A DNA stretch of 62,494 bases, filler included. It is 11 parts of 11 records of this genome, joined end to end, with 100 filler letters (N's around TTAATTAATTAA, not from the genome) between each part and the next. Parts side by side here need not be neighbours in the genome. Positions count along the whole stretch, not along the records: positions 10,727 to 17,341 come from SRR31147125_96366; positions 17,442 to 23,313 come from SRR31147125_96431; 9 more parts are not named here. One strand, written 5' to 3'. Under the pieces are notes generated by a model that saw nothing but the letters and a program-made list of their open reading frames with translations, was not told the DNA's origin and searched no databases. Within the stretch, counting starts at the first letter, position 1. Every line of letters starts with the position of its first letter. This document shows positions 10,937 through 21,779 of the stretch, piece after piece. The translations under genes were made by a program, and so were the position numbers.

Positions 10937-12890
10937 ATGATTGAAACTATGCTTACAGCGCTGTCGACCCTGCTAAGTCCCGGACATTTGATGTACCTGG
11001 GATTCGGAGTGGTATTGGGGCTTGCAGTCGGAATTTTGCCCGGACTCGGCGGGTCCACCGGCACTGCGATTCTGTTGCCTTTTATTTTCGGCATGGATCC
11101 TGGGAAAGCCCTGGCCATGATGATCGGATTGCAATCCGTGACCGTCACCTCGGACACCTTTCCCTCCGTTTTGATTGGCGTGCCCGGAACCAGCGGTTCC
11201 CAGGCAACGGTTCTCGACGGGTTTCCTTTGGCGAAAAAAGGGGAGGCGGCCCGCGCGTTAGGCGCCGCCTTTGCTTCATCCATGTTTGGGGGTGTTTTTG
11301 GGGCTCTTTTGCTGAGTGTCGCCATATTCGGAGCCTTGGAAATTATCCTTGCCATCGGATTTGGCGAGCAGATGATGCTCATTGTGTTCGCTTTGACCAT
11401 GGTGGGTATGCTCACCGGCCCCAACCCTTGGAAAGGATTTGCCTCCTGCGGCCTTGGTCTTCTTATCGGTGCTCTGGGGTCGGCGCCGGTGACAGGAATC
11501 GAGCGCGTCACCTTTGGTACTGTCTATTTAATCGAACCGTTGTCTCTGGTGATTCTGGGTTTGGGAATGTTCGCCATGCCGGAAATTTTGGATTTGCTTC
11601 GCAGACAAGTGATGATTTCCGATTCAAAAACCCTGGGAGCCGGATGGTTTCAAGGATTCAAAGATGTCATCCAAAACTGGTTTCTGGTGATCCGTTGCGC
11701 TTCCATCGGTTCCCTTTGCGGTGCCTTACCGGGCTTGGGCAATACCGTCATCGACTGGATCTCATATGGTCACGTCATCCAAACCTCAAAAGACAAAAGT
11801 CAATTCGGCAAAGGCGATATCAGGGGGGTCATCGCTCCGGAATCCGCCAACAATGCAAAAGAGGGGGGCTCTGATTCCAACGATCCTGTTCGGTATTCCC
11901 GGTTCCGGTGCCATGGCCATATTGCTCGGCGGGTTTATTCTGATCGGTATCGAACCCGGATTGAATATGATCAATGAAGACCTGGACCTGGTTTTCATCA
12001 TGTTTTGGTCGGTCGCCGTTGCCAACATCATGGGTGCCGGACTCTGTTTGATATTTTCCAACCAACTGGCCAAGGTGACGACGGTGAAAAACACCATTTT
12101 GGCCCCCCTTGTGTTGGTTTTGATCTTCTTTGCGGCGTTTCAAATCACCCGTATCTGGGGGGATTTAATTGCCCTTCTTCTTTGCGGATCCTTGGGGATT
12201 TACATGAAGCGGTTCGGCTGGTCCCGCCCCGGACTTCTCATCGGCTTTGTATTGTCAAGCAAAGTTGAGGCGTCCATATACCAGACGGTGCAAGTCTACG
12301 GCTTCAGCTTTTTGCAGCGTCCCATCGTCATCATTTTGATCATTTTCACCATCTTTTCCGTCTTCGCGGCCATCCGATTCAAACCCCCGGCGGAACAAAT
12401 GTCTGATGACGGACCCCACACCCACAAAGAGAAAGGGCTACAGGTTCTCTTCTATTTTCTTTTGGTCGCCTTCACCATTTTTGTACTGGCCGATGGCGCA
12501 TCCCACAATTTCTTGACCGGAATTTACCCGGTGGTCATCGGGATACTCACCCTCTTGCTGATGCTGCCGGTGGGCCTTCAGATGTTTTTGGTCAAAAATC
12601 CCCATAGCGTGTTTTATGATTCCGAACGCGAGGAATTTGAAGAGGAGGTGGATGCCCGCTCCACAGAGTACTATTTGTTGTGGATTATCGGAATGTTGGC
12701 CATTTCTTCCATTGTGGGGTTTGTCGGAGGAATCTTGGTTTTCTTATATGTTTTTCTCCGAAGATTTGCCCATCTTCCCCATTGGGGATGCGCTTTCACG
12801 GCCGGGATCGCCATCGGCGTTTTACAGACCCTGGCCTATTTTCTAAATCTTGAATATCCCCAAGGGGTGTTGCAAGCCCTATTTGTTTAA
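10937..12890 (+). CDS. tctA: Tripartite tricarboxylate transporter TctA with C-terminal TctB-like extension, frameshift at G run near 11865
   Basis: GILPGLG, GVPGT, TVLDGFPLAKKG, GVIAPESANNAKEGG then ALIPTILFGIPGS in the next frame. Confidence 0.88.
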
Positions 12891-12941
12891 CGATCTTGAA
12901 GACCCAATTTTGTGATGAGCAAATTGTTGGAGAATAGTGTC

Positions 12942-14249
12942 ATGCAAAACAAACCATTTACCCTTGCCGCCACCGGAGAGAGCATGTGCACTCGCCGGGT
13001 TTCCTGCCACCAGGAAGAAGAATTCCTTGCCCTGGTGGATATTTTGAGGCGTGCCGATGCCGCCCACACCAACCTTGAAACCCGGATCCACACGTGCAAG
13101 GGCTACCCGATGCCGGTCGATACTCTGGGATTGACCCAATCGTATCAGCAAGCGGACCCTTTTGTTGCCGAGGAACTGAAATGGATGGGATTTGACTTGA
13201 TATCCCGGTCCAACAACCACGGCATGGATTATGGCCCGGAAATGCTCTTGGAGGAAGCAACCATCCTGGACAACGCCGGTTTGCTCCATGCAGGGGCCGG
13301 TTCCAACCTGTCCGAAGCCACCATGCCGGTTTATTGGGAAACGGCCAATGGTAGGGTGGCCCTGATTTCGGTCTGTACCGACTTTCCGCCCCATTGTCCG
13401 GCCGGAGAGCAGCGGCATGACATGCGCGGCCGTCCCGGAATCAACCCCATACGATTTGACACCCGTTACATGCTCGATTCCGAGGCATTTCAAAACTTAA
13501 AACAGATCAGTCAAAACTTGGGGTTTGACAAGTTCATACAGGATACCAAGATATTTTTCCTGAAAAACCGGTTTGAATCGGGTGAAAAGAGCGAGGCGAT
13601 CCATACGATTCGTCAATCGGATCTCAACCGAAATCTGCGAGCCATTAAAGAGGCAAGAAGAGCGGCGGACTATGTCCTGGTGCATCTTCATCAAGAGACC
13701 GTTGAAAACGGCGGCCCTCCCAAGCGTATCCAGCAACTGACCCGTACTTTCATCGACCATGGTGCGGATGTGATCATCGGCGACGGTCCCCATGAGTTAC
13801 AGGGAATTGAAATCTATCAGGGCAAACCGATATTTTACAGCTTGGGGAACTTTTTCTACCAAAGCGAAACCATCAAACGCTTTCCCTTTGACATCTATGA
13901 AAGAAACGGCCTGGATCACTACGCCACTCCCCAGGATGTCCTCGATTACCGGGAAAAAACCAGAGCCGGTAAAATAAAAAAAGACGGGGTGCCTGCGACA
14001 CGGACCGGAGATGCATACATGCGTTGGTTCGACGCCTTGTTGGGACACTGCTCTTTTGAAGGCCCGAACCTGACTGAAGTCAAACTGTTTCCGGTATGGT
14101 GCTATCACCCCACGCGTTCCCAGCGGGGCCGCCCCATGCTGGCAAAAGATGAGCAAGCAAAAAGAATCATCGATTATGTAAAAGAGTGCTCTTCAAAGTG
14201 GAACACAACAATCGAATACCGTGATGGAATCGGATATGTAAAATTGTAA
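12942..14249 (+). CDS. CapA/PGA_cap family metallophosphoesterase-fold protein, no obvious signal peptide
   Basis: NLE, SNNHGMDYG, HAGAG, GDGPH, IFYSLGNF; GGAG RBS before ATG 12942. Confidence 0.85.
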   Translation: MQNKPFTLAATGESMCTRRVSCHQEEEFLALVDILRRADAAHTNLETRIHTCKGYPMPVDTLGLTQSYQQADPFVAEELKWMGFDLISRSNNHGMDYGPEMLLEEATILDNAGLLHAGAGSNLSEATMPVYWETANGRVALISVCTDFPPHCPAGEQRHDMRGRPGINPIRFDTRYMLDSEAFQNLKQISQNLGFDKFIQDTKIFFLKNRFESGEKSEAIHTIRQSDLNRNLRAIKEARRAADYVLVHLHQETVENGGPPKRIQQLTRTFIDHGADVIIGDGPHELQGIEIYQGKPIFYSLGNFFYQSETIKRFPFDIYERNGLDHYATPQDVLDYREKTRAGKIKKDGVPATRTGDAYMRWFDALLGHCSFEGPNLTEVKLFPVWCYHPTRSQRGRPMLAKDEQAKRIIDYVKECSSKWNTTIEYRDGIGYVKL

Positions 14250-14254
14250 AGCGA

Positions 14255-14294
14255 TCGGCACCTTTCACACGATTGCTGGAGGGAAAGGTGCCGA
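14255..14294 (+). terminator. Perfect 12-bp stem-loop after the CapA gene (no U tail; terminator or mRNA stabiliser)
   Basis: TCGGCACCTTTC-N16-GAAAGGTGCCGA. Confidence 0.55.
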
Positions 14295-14340
14295 CTTCCA
14301 ATGGTCGTTCAAGAATTGTTTGTCGGATAGCTATTCTCTT

Positions 14341-14375
14341 TCTCTCCATCCATGGAGATGGGGCCGGGGGTGAGG
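14341..14375. repeat. REP-like element
   Basis: TCTCTCCATCCATGGAGATGGGGCCGGGGGTGAGG; its reverse complement begins CCTCACCCCC, which also occurs at 17332-17341. Confidence 0.6.
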
Positions 14376-14574
14376 CTGTGTCGCTAAAACCCGATGGCGC
14401 AAACTTGAAACGACACGAGAATAACATCTTGATTTCAGAGCTCATCCTTCACGCCCAACGTCTTTTACGAAAATGGAATTCATCTTTGATCATTCTTTTT
14501 TTCGCATCTTCTTGAGCAATCGCCTGATCTCTGACATCTGCGAACTTCCCAAGTCCAAATGAGGTAAATCAACC

Positions 14575-15945
14575 ATGAACACGACAGAACAACTGTGCAC
14601 ATATTTTGTCAATACGCACTATGAAGAGATTCCTGATGCGGTCATTCAACTGGCCAAACGGTATATCAAGGACTGGCTGGCCGCCGCCATCGGAGGCTAT
14701 GGCAACGAAGCCGGAAAAATTATGATCCGGTGCGCCCGGGAAAGCGGCGGTTCCCCTGAAGCCAGAATATTGGGCAGTGGAATGAAAACCTCCCTCTCCA
14801 ATGCCGCCTTGGTCAACGGTACAATGGGGCATCTGCTGGACTTTGACGATTTCGCACCGTCCCATCCCACCGCCTCCATTTTACCAACGGCCCTGGCTCT
14901 GGGCGAAAAATTGAATGCTTCAGGCAAAGAGATCATCCTGGCCCAAATCATGGGGTATGAGTGCTTTAACCGGCTCTACCAGGCTGCCAGAGAATATGAA
15001 CTGGTGCTGAGACGAAAAGGCGTCCACCCCACCACCTTGTGGGGATCCTGCGCCGCTGCAGTGGTTGCGGCCAAAATGCTTGATTTTGATCTGGAAAAGA
15101 CCCAAATGACCCTGGGATTGGCAGCCACGCAAGCCACAGGATTGATGGAAAATTTCGGTACCCCCACCAAGGGGTTTCATTGCGGAAACTCTGCCAGGGC
15201 AGGGATATCCGCAGCATTGATGGTTCAGCTTGGGTATACGGCCAGCAAAACAATCCTGGAAGGGAGCCACGGCTTTTACAATGCCTTTATCGGGGAAGGA
15301 AATTACGATCTTTCCAGAATCACACAGCACCTCGGTCAAGAGTGGCTGTTGTTAAATCCCGGGATAGATACCAAAAAGTATCCCAGCTGCGGAGCGACAT
15401 TACGCGCCATCGAGGCAAGCATATGGCTGGCCGACACCTATGATATTTCACCGGATCAGGTTGAATCCATCGAGGTACTGATCAATGCCACCCGGAAAAA
15501 TTTTCTTCGGTTCGACAAACCAGCATGCGGAGATGAGGCAAAATTCAGTATGCCCTATGCCGTTGCCATCGGCCTGGTTGACCGTAACGTCACCCTTGAT
15601 AGTTATACCGATGAAAAGGTGAAAGATCCCATCATGCAGAATTTGGTAAGGAAGGTAACGCTGACGGAGATGGATGACGCGTTGAGTGATGAGGTTAAAA
15701 AAACAACCCCTGTCACCGTTCGTTTAAACAATGGCCGGGTCTACTCAAAAGACATTGTCGATTTTTCCGGAGCTGCCGGGAATCCCATGAGTGATGACGA
15801 TTTTCGAGACAAATTTTTATACTGTGCCTCCATTCCCTCCCCGGGACTTCCCAATGAAAACGTAGACAACTGCCTGGAAATCATTGGCTCTCTGGAAAGG
15901 TGTAACAACATTAATCTGCTTGTTGATGAATTGGTGATCGAATAG
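14575..15945 (+). CDS. MmgE/PrpD family protein
   Basis: NGTMGHLLDFDD..HP, KGFHCG, KKYPSC, AKFSMPY. Confidence 0.92.
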   Translation: MNTTEQLCTYFVNTHYEEIPDAVIQLAKRYIKDWLAAAIGGYGNEAGKIMIRCARESGGSPEARILGSGMKTSLSNAALVNGTMGHLLDFDDFAPSHPTASILPTALALGEKLNASGKEIILAQIMGYECFNRLYQAAREYELVLRRKGVHPTTLWGSCAAAVVAAKMLDFDLEKTQMTLGLAATQATGLMENFGTPTKGFHCGNSARAGISAALMVQLGYTASKTILEGSHGFYNAFIGEGNYDLSRITQHLGQEWLLLNPGIDTKKYPSCGATLRAIEASIWLADTYDISPDQVESIEVLINATRKNFLRFDKPACGDEAKFSMPYAVAIGLVDRNVTLDSYTDEKVKDPIMQNLVRKVTLTEMDDALSDEVKKTTPVTVRLNNGRVYSKDIVDFSGAAGNPMSDDDFRDKFLYCASIPSPGLPNENVDNCLEIIGSLERCNNINLLVDELVIE

Positions 15946-15947
15946 CT

Positions 15948-17294
15948 ATGAACCCGACAAAACAGTTGATTGAGTTTGTTCACGATACCAGCTTCGATCA
16001 GATACCCGCCCCTGCTGTCGAAAGGTGTAAAAGGCACCTTCTGGACTGCACCGGTGCCGCATTGGCCGCCGTCAACGAAGTCGCCGGCAATATTGTCGGT
16101 TCTCACATCAAAGAGATGGCTGCGAGTGGACCGGCACGGCTGATCGGCACTTCCCTTCGCACCTCTGTGGACGCTGCCGCATTTGCAAACGGCATCCTGG
16201 CCCACTCCATATCCTTTGACGATTCCGGTCCATCCCATCCTTCAGTCACCGTGGTTCCCCCGATATATGCTCTGGCTGACGCTTACGGTGTCAGCGGCAA
16301 AAGTTGTTTGACGGCCCAAGTGGTTGGATACGAAGTGTTTCAACGCTTCAATCTCGTGACCCAAAAAGCCCGGGCAATAAGAGATCGCGGCTGGCACCCC
16401 ACCGGGTTCTTCGGTGCTCTCACCTCCTGTTTGATTTGTGCAAAACTGCTTGGGCTGAGTGCGGATCAATCCCTCAATGCCGTCGGCATCGCCGCTTCCA
16501 TGGGATCGGGACTATCCAGAAATATCGGCAACATGACCATGTCCCTTCATGCCGGAAATGCCGCAAGAAACGGCATCACGGCCGCGTTGTTGGCCCAAAA
16601 GGGGTTCACCGGAGATCCGGAAATCATTGAAGGCCGCTTCGGCCTCATGAATGCATTGACAGGAGAAGAGAAGAGCAACTTGAATCTACTGGTCAAGGAT
16701 CTCGGCAATCCGTATTCCGTCATCGATCCCGGCATCAATATAAAAAAATATCCCCATTGCTGGGGACACCATAAACTGATCGATGCCATGCTTTTTCTGG
16801 TGAAAACCCACGATATAAAGCCTGAAGATGTGACACGCATTGAGTGCGACATTCAGCCGGAAAAATCCACATCACGCTATTTATTGCCGAAAAACCAATT
16901 TGAGGCAAAATACAGCATTGGGTTTGCCATTGCCATGTGTCTGCTTTATAGAGGACTGACGTTGGACCATTATACGCCTGAAAGGATTTCGGATAAGAAG
17001 ACACTCGACGTCATCTCAAAGATCGTCCATGTCCCCCAAGGCCCCTTGAGTGCACCGGATAAATTCAAAATCACCATCACACAAAATGACGACCGGCGGT
17101 TCAGTAAATCGGTTGCCCATCCCAAAGGGGACAGCCGGTTCAACCCGTTGACCGATGAAGAGTTACGCCAAAAATATATCACCTGTGCCGAGCGGGCACT
17201 GCCGGAAAACAAAATCCGGCAATCCATACAGTTATTTGAAAGTATGGAAAACCTGGATCATGTCAGCCGGATAATGGATGCCGTCACGCTGTAA
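15948..17294 (+). CDS. MmgE/PrpD family protein (second paralogue)
   Basis: NGILAHSISFDD..HP, GWHPT, LHAGNAARNG, KKYPHC, AKYS. Confidence 0.92.
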   Translation: MNPTKQLIEFVHDTSFDQIPAPAVERCKRHLLDCTGAALAAVNEVAGNIVGSHIKEMAASGPARLIGTSLRTSVDAAAFANGILAHSISFDDSGPSHPSVTVVPPIYALADAYGVSGKSCLTAQVVGYEVFQRFNLVTQKARAIRDRGWHPTGFFGALTSCLICAKLLGLSADQSLNAVGIAASMGSGLSRNIGNMTMSLHAGNAARNGITAALLAQKGFTGDPEIIEGRFGLMNALTGEEKSNLNLLVKDLGNPYSVIDPGINIKKYPHCWGHHKLIDAMLFLVKTHDIKPEDVTRIECDIQPEKSTSRYLLPKNQFEAKYSIGFAIAMCLLYRGLTLDHYTPERISDKKTLDVISKIVHVPQGPLSAPDKFKITITQNDDRRFSKSVAHPKGDSRFNPLTDEELRQKYITCAERALPENKIRQSIQLFESMENLDHVSRIMDAVTL

Positions 17295-17441
17295 GGAAGT
17301 CGGCGATTATTGGTTTACCACTTACAACCAACCTCACCCCCNNNNNNNNNNNNNNNNNNNNNNNNNNNNNNNNNNNNNNNNNNNNTTAATTAATTAANNN
17401 NNNNNNNNNNNNNNNNNNNNNNNNNNNNNNNNNNNNNNNNN

Positions 17442-18256
17442 TTTTTTGGCGTGGAACTCAGCGTTTTTTCGAGTCCATTTTAATGATTTTTGTCAGTATT
17501 ATGGGGCTTAGTTTTGTAGTTACCATGTTTATGGTTATTCCTGAGCCAATGAATATTTTAAAGGGACTGATTCCTTCCATTCCGAGGGAATCCAATGCAG
17601 CTCTGTTAACAGCTGGTATGGTTGGAACCACCATGGGAGGTGTGCTTTACCTGGTTCGTTCCATCACTGTTCAGGAAAAAGGATGGACTATTAAGGATCT
17701 TAAAATTGAAAAAAGAGATGCGGCTATTTCGGCTTCTCTTATGTTTTTACTCAGTGCCGCTATTATGGCCTGCGCCGCTGGTACCCTTTATCCCAGGGGA
17801 TTAGTCGTAGATAATGCCATTGATATGGTGAAACTCCTGGAACCTCTGGCCGGTCGATTTGCCATATCCATATTTGTTGCCGGTATTGTCAGTGCGGGAT
17901 TATCATCTCTTTTTCCCCATCTCTTGCTGGCACCCTGGTTTCTGGCTGACATCACCAACCAGCCACGTGATATGAAAAGACCATTATTTCGGCTCATTGC
18001 TCTCTTTACCACTTGTCTGGGCCTAGTGGTTCCCATCTTTGGTGGCCGGCCTGTTTTAATTATGATTATATCTCAGGCTCTGGCAGCAGTTGTCACACCT
18101 GTAATCCTGGTACTTATGATGATACTTTTAAATAAAAAGAGTATTATGGGAGAACATAAATTAAGGTTGGGTATGAATCTCGTTCTCGGATTCATTTTAA
18201 TTTTTACTGTTTTTATGGCGATTACAGGTATTATAGGGATAAAAGGACTGATCTAA
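17442..18256 (+). CDS. NRAMP/MntH-like family transporter, 5'-truncated
   Basis: AGMVGTT, LEPLAG, GIVSAGLSS, SQAL motifs; open from the contig edge. Confidence 0.75.
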
Positions 18257-18330
18257 CTTTATTTTACTTATCAAGATGTATTAAAAATAATACTCATCGT
18301 TTTTTATGAATGACCTGGAGGTTATATAAA

Positions 18331-19572
18331 ATGTTTAACAGATACCGTTTCGTGATGGTTATTGTTTTCCTGTTATTTTTGCCATCCTTAATAATGGCCC
18401 AAGAAAAAAATGATTTAAAACAAACGATCAAACAAACCATCACAACAGCAGCAGATTATACGGTTAATATTTTACTGGATGAGAACGGTAAAAGTCGCTG
18501 TGATTACAACATCCTTGCCGGAACATGGCAGGATTATGAACCACCGTGGCATACCGGGCAAATAATATTTGGATTGACACGCGCTTACGAGATTACTAGA
18601 AACAAAGTGTATCTTGATGCAGCAAAAAAAGCCGGTGATTGGTGGGTAAGCCTGGAAATCAAGGATCACCCGACATTAAATGGAATGGTAAAGGCCATTC
18701 ACGGCAGTGGTGTGAATTATATTATTTTTGCTACTGTTTCGGATGGCTCTGCCGGCTTGTTTCGATTGTATGATTTAACTGGTGATAGACGATATGCTGA
18801 TATACCGACCCGGGCAGGAAATTGGATGTATGATAATATGTATGAGCCCAAAAGTCGCATGTTTTATGATGCGGTTGATCCTGAGACCGGTAAAGTGATG
18901 AAACACTGGAGTCCATTTTGGCCGGAAAAACAAAACCAGACTCTTAACGATGTGGCCAGACCGAATAATGAAGGCTCTCTATTCAAAGATATGTATGAAT
19001 ACACCAACGAAAAAAAGTATAAAAAAATCTTTATCGATATTTGCGAAAGCCTGGTAGAAAAACAGGGATCGGAAGGCTTGTGGATGGATTTTACCCCTAA
19101 TGAAAAGGAGTCCGGCTACTTTCATCCACGGTTTAATATCTGGTACGCGGAATCGCTGTTGGAAGGGTATGATTTGACAAAAGATCAACGTTATTTACAG
19201 GCTGCTCTCAAAACAGCACGATTTTATACCCGTTTTCAACAAAAAGATGGTGCGTTTTATTATAAAAATTATCTGGATGGTTCAGCTAACAAGTATTCCA
19301 TAAGTGGCTCAACCACCGCTTTTGCCGGAATTTTATGGTTGCGGTTGATGGAATTGGGTGTTGGTGATGAATTTAAAGAAAACATCCAGCGATCTTTGGA
19401 TTGGACCCTGAAAAATCAATATCAATTAAACCATGCAGATGAAAATCTGGCTGGTGGTATTCTGGAAATTCGTACAAAATCCAAAAAAGGTAAAATGATT
19501 TTGCTGAATCGGGATATAGCCACTTCATTTGCCCTGCGGTTTTTAGCGGATTATTACGAGTTTGCTTTTTAG
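18331..19572 (+). CDS. Secreted (alpha/alpha)6-barrel protein, GH76/GH88-like (uncertain)
   Basis: Signal peptide; repeated helical-hairpin motifs AYEITRNKVYLDAA, LYDLTGDRRY, GYDLTKDQRYLQAA. Confidence 0.55.
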   Translation: MFNRYRFVMVIVFLLFLPSLIMAQEKNDLKQTIKQTITTAADYTVNILLDENGKSRCDYNILAGTWQDYEPPWHTGQIIFGLTRAYEITRNKVYLDAAKKAGDWWVSLEIKDHPTLNGMVKAIHGSGVNYIIFATVSDGSAGLFRLYDLTGDRRYADIPTRAGNWMYDNMYEPKSRMFYDAVDPETGKVMKHWSPFWPEKQNQTLNDVARPNNEGSLFKDMYEYTNEKKYKKIFIDICESLVEKQGSEGLWMDFTPNEKESGYFHPRFNIWYAESLLEGYDLTKDQRYLQAALKTARFYTRFQQKDGAFYYKNYLDGSANKYSISGSTTAFAGILWLRLMELGVGDEFKENIQRSLDWTLKNQYQLNHADENLAGGILEIRTKSKKGKMILLNRDIATSFALRFLADYYEFAF

Positions 19573-19688
19573 ATGTTTTTTAATATGTTCTGGTTTTATA
19601 GGTAAGACCATTCCTGAAAAACTTCAAATCCCGAAAATAATGTGAACATTACTTCTATAATTTACTGGTACCAGAAACTGAGGAATTT

Positions 19689-21575
19689 ATGAAGAGAAGA
19701 GTGAGCTTTTTTGTCAGCATAGTTGGTATTTTTTTGTTTTCCTGTCAACAGAATCCTGAAAAAATATCCCTTAAAAACGAATGTACAGCAACACTTTATG
19801 TACTAACAGATGCACTTTTGGATTTGCAAATTACCGATGAAAAAAATCCGGATTATGGTGCTTTGCAGTGCCCGAGTTGCAATGTGTTACATACTCGCGC
19901 AGCTGAGGCTGTTTATCCTTTTGCCGTGCGATATAAATTGACAAACGATAAAAAATATATGGCCGCAGCAATTCATCTGGGTAATTGGTTAATGAAACAG
20001 CAACTATCGGCAGGTCAATGGAAGGAAACACCAGAAGAGTGGACAGGAACCACGACAGATCAACTGCTGATGATGGTGTTAGCTTATCCTATCTTAGAGA
20101 AAGACTTGTCAGCTGATGAAAGGGATACATGGAAAGCTTGCATGCGCAAGGCAGCAGATTATCTAACCAGGGTCATGAGTCCGGATTTTGCCAGTATTAA
20201 TTACTGCGCAACAACCACAGCCACACTTGCCATGGTCAATGCGCTACTACCGGATTATCGCTATCTGAAGAAAGCCGAAGAATTGGCCAGGCAGGTACTC
20301 TCGAAAATGGATGACGATGGATTTATCGCTGCTGAGGGAGATCGTGTTCATGGTGTAAAATATGGCGCAGATGTCGGTTATGAGATAGACATGTCGTTAT
20401 GGGGATTAGCACTTTACGCCCGCGCAGTTGGTGATACGCTTGTTGATTCTTATGTTCGTCAATCGCTCAAGAATCATCTTTATTTTGTTTACCCAAATGG
20501 TGCAATTGACGGTTCCTGGGGCATTCGGTCAAATAAATGGACGACCTTTGGCAGTGAAACAGCTGATGGCTGTCAGATCCTGTTTAGTTTGTTTAGCAAA
20601 CAGGATTCCAGATATCGAACAGCTGCTATTAGAAATTTACATTATTTGAACAGTATGATCAAAGATGGTCTTATTGGTTACGGTCCCCAATACTGGGACT
20701 TGTTTAAAAAATTGCCGTGTATCTACCCAACGTTTGTGCGGTCCAAAAATTTGGCCATGACAATTGAATTAGGTGAATCTGAGGCCGGTGATGTGCCACC
20801 ATTGCCTACAGAAAAGCCCGGGTGGGTTAAGCATTATCCTACAGTTGATGTGGCATTGGTCCGTAGTAAAAATTTTATGGCTACGATATCTGCATATGGA
20901 TACAAAGAATTAAGAAAAAAGTACAAGAGTAAATATATGCACAGGCCAACCGGAGGTTCTATTTGCAATTTATGGGTTGAGGGATATGGCTTTTTGCAGG
21001 TATCCAGTCAGACTGAATACCATCGTTGGGAGCCCATGCATTTTCCAGAAATAGGGGAGGTCCGGCCATTGACGCCTCGAATCGAGTTTGAGAATGAGAA
21101 TGGTTATTTTACAAATTTGTACGAATTTGATGCTCGTTTGACTGTTCAAAAGAGTAATAAAAATGAGGTTGCACGTATTTGTACATCCGGTGAATTGTGT
21201 AACAGAGAATTTTATCCCGGTGGTGTGGCCTATACCTGGGAGCATCGTTTTCTTGATGCTGCCATAGAAAAAATTGTGACTCTTCGCTATCACGATGGAC
21301 AACGTGATGTAAGGATTGTTGAACCATTCGTTATGCAACACGGTATGACTTTTCAACAGATCGATCCACGAACAGTTCATTTCGACTGTCGGGGAAAGAA
21401 ATTTGAACTCAAAGTGATAGAGGGTGATGTCAAGGTTATCCTCGGACAGAACGCGGATAAATATTGGGCTGCATTTCCATCCATAAAAGCCTATCCGATT
21501 ACCCTGGAGGTGCAAAAATCGAAGGAAGAATTTCGTAAAAAGCTGGTATATCGTATTTCTGTTTTAGATTCCTAA
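19689..21575 (+). CDS. Uncharacterised lipoprotein, probable alpha-toroid plus beta domain (lyase/hydrolase-like)
   Basis: LFSC lipobox; YKLTNDKKYMAAA helical motif; PNGAIDGSWG. Confidence 0.5.
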   Translation: MKRRVSFFVSIVGIFLFSCQQNPEKISLKNECTATLYVLTDALLDLQITDEKNPDYGALQCPSCNVLHTRAAEAVYPFAVRYKLTNDKKYMAAAIHLGNWLMKQQLSAGQWKETPEEWTGTTTDQLLMMVLAYPILEKDLSADERDTWKACMRKAADYLTRVMSPDFASINYCATTTATLAMVNALLPDYRYLKKAEELARQVLSKMDDDGFIAAEGDRVHGVKYGADVGYEIDMSLWGLALYARAVGDTLVDSYVRQSLKNHLYFVYPNGAIDGSWGIRSNKWTTFGSETADGCQILFSLFSKQDSRYRTAAIRNLHYLNSMIKDGLIGYGPQYWDLFKKLPCIYPTFVRSKNLAMTIELGESEAGDVPPLPTEKPGWVKHYPTVDVALVRSKNFMATISAYGYKELRKKYKSKYMHRPTGGSICNLWVEGYGFLQVSSQTEYHRWEPMHFPEIGEVRPLTPRIEFENENGYFTNLYEFDARLTVQKSNKNEVARICTSGELCNREFYPGGVAYTWEHRFLDAAIEKIVTLRYHDGQRDVRIVEPFVMQHGMTFQQIDPRTVHFDCRGKKFELKVIEGDVKVILGQNADKYWAAFPSIKAYPITLEVQKSKEEFRKKLVYRISVLDS

Positions 21576-21626
21576 TAGATTCAGCTGATCGAGTGAGATG
21601 AATCACTAAAAAAGAGTAAAAACTTC

Positions 21627-21686
21627 TTGATAAAATAAAGAAAATATAGTATGTTAATTTATCCTAATCGTTCCCGCTAACGATTA
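21627..21686 (+). promoter_or_regulatory. Sigma70 promoter followed by LacI-type operator palindrome
   Basis: TTGATA-17 bp-TATGTT; TAATCGTT-CCCGCT-AACGATTA at 21665-21686. Confidence 0.65.
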
Positions 21687-21779
21687 AGCTTGCCGGGTTA
21701 AAATGAGTCCGAGTATTATAAATTATGAATGGATAAATGACTTTTTTCGTTTTCACTGGTCAAAGGGATGAATTATTAA

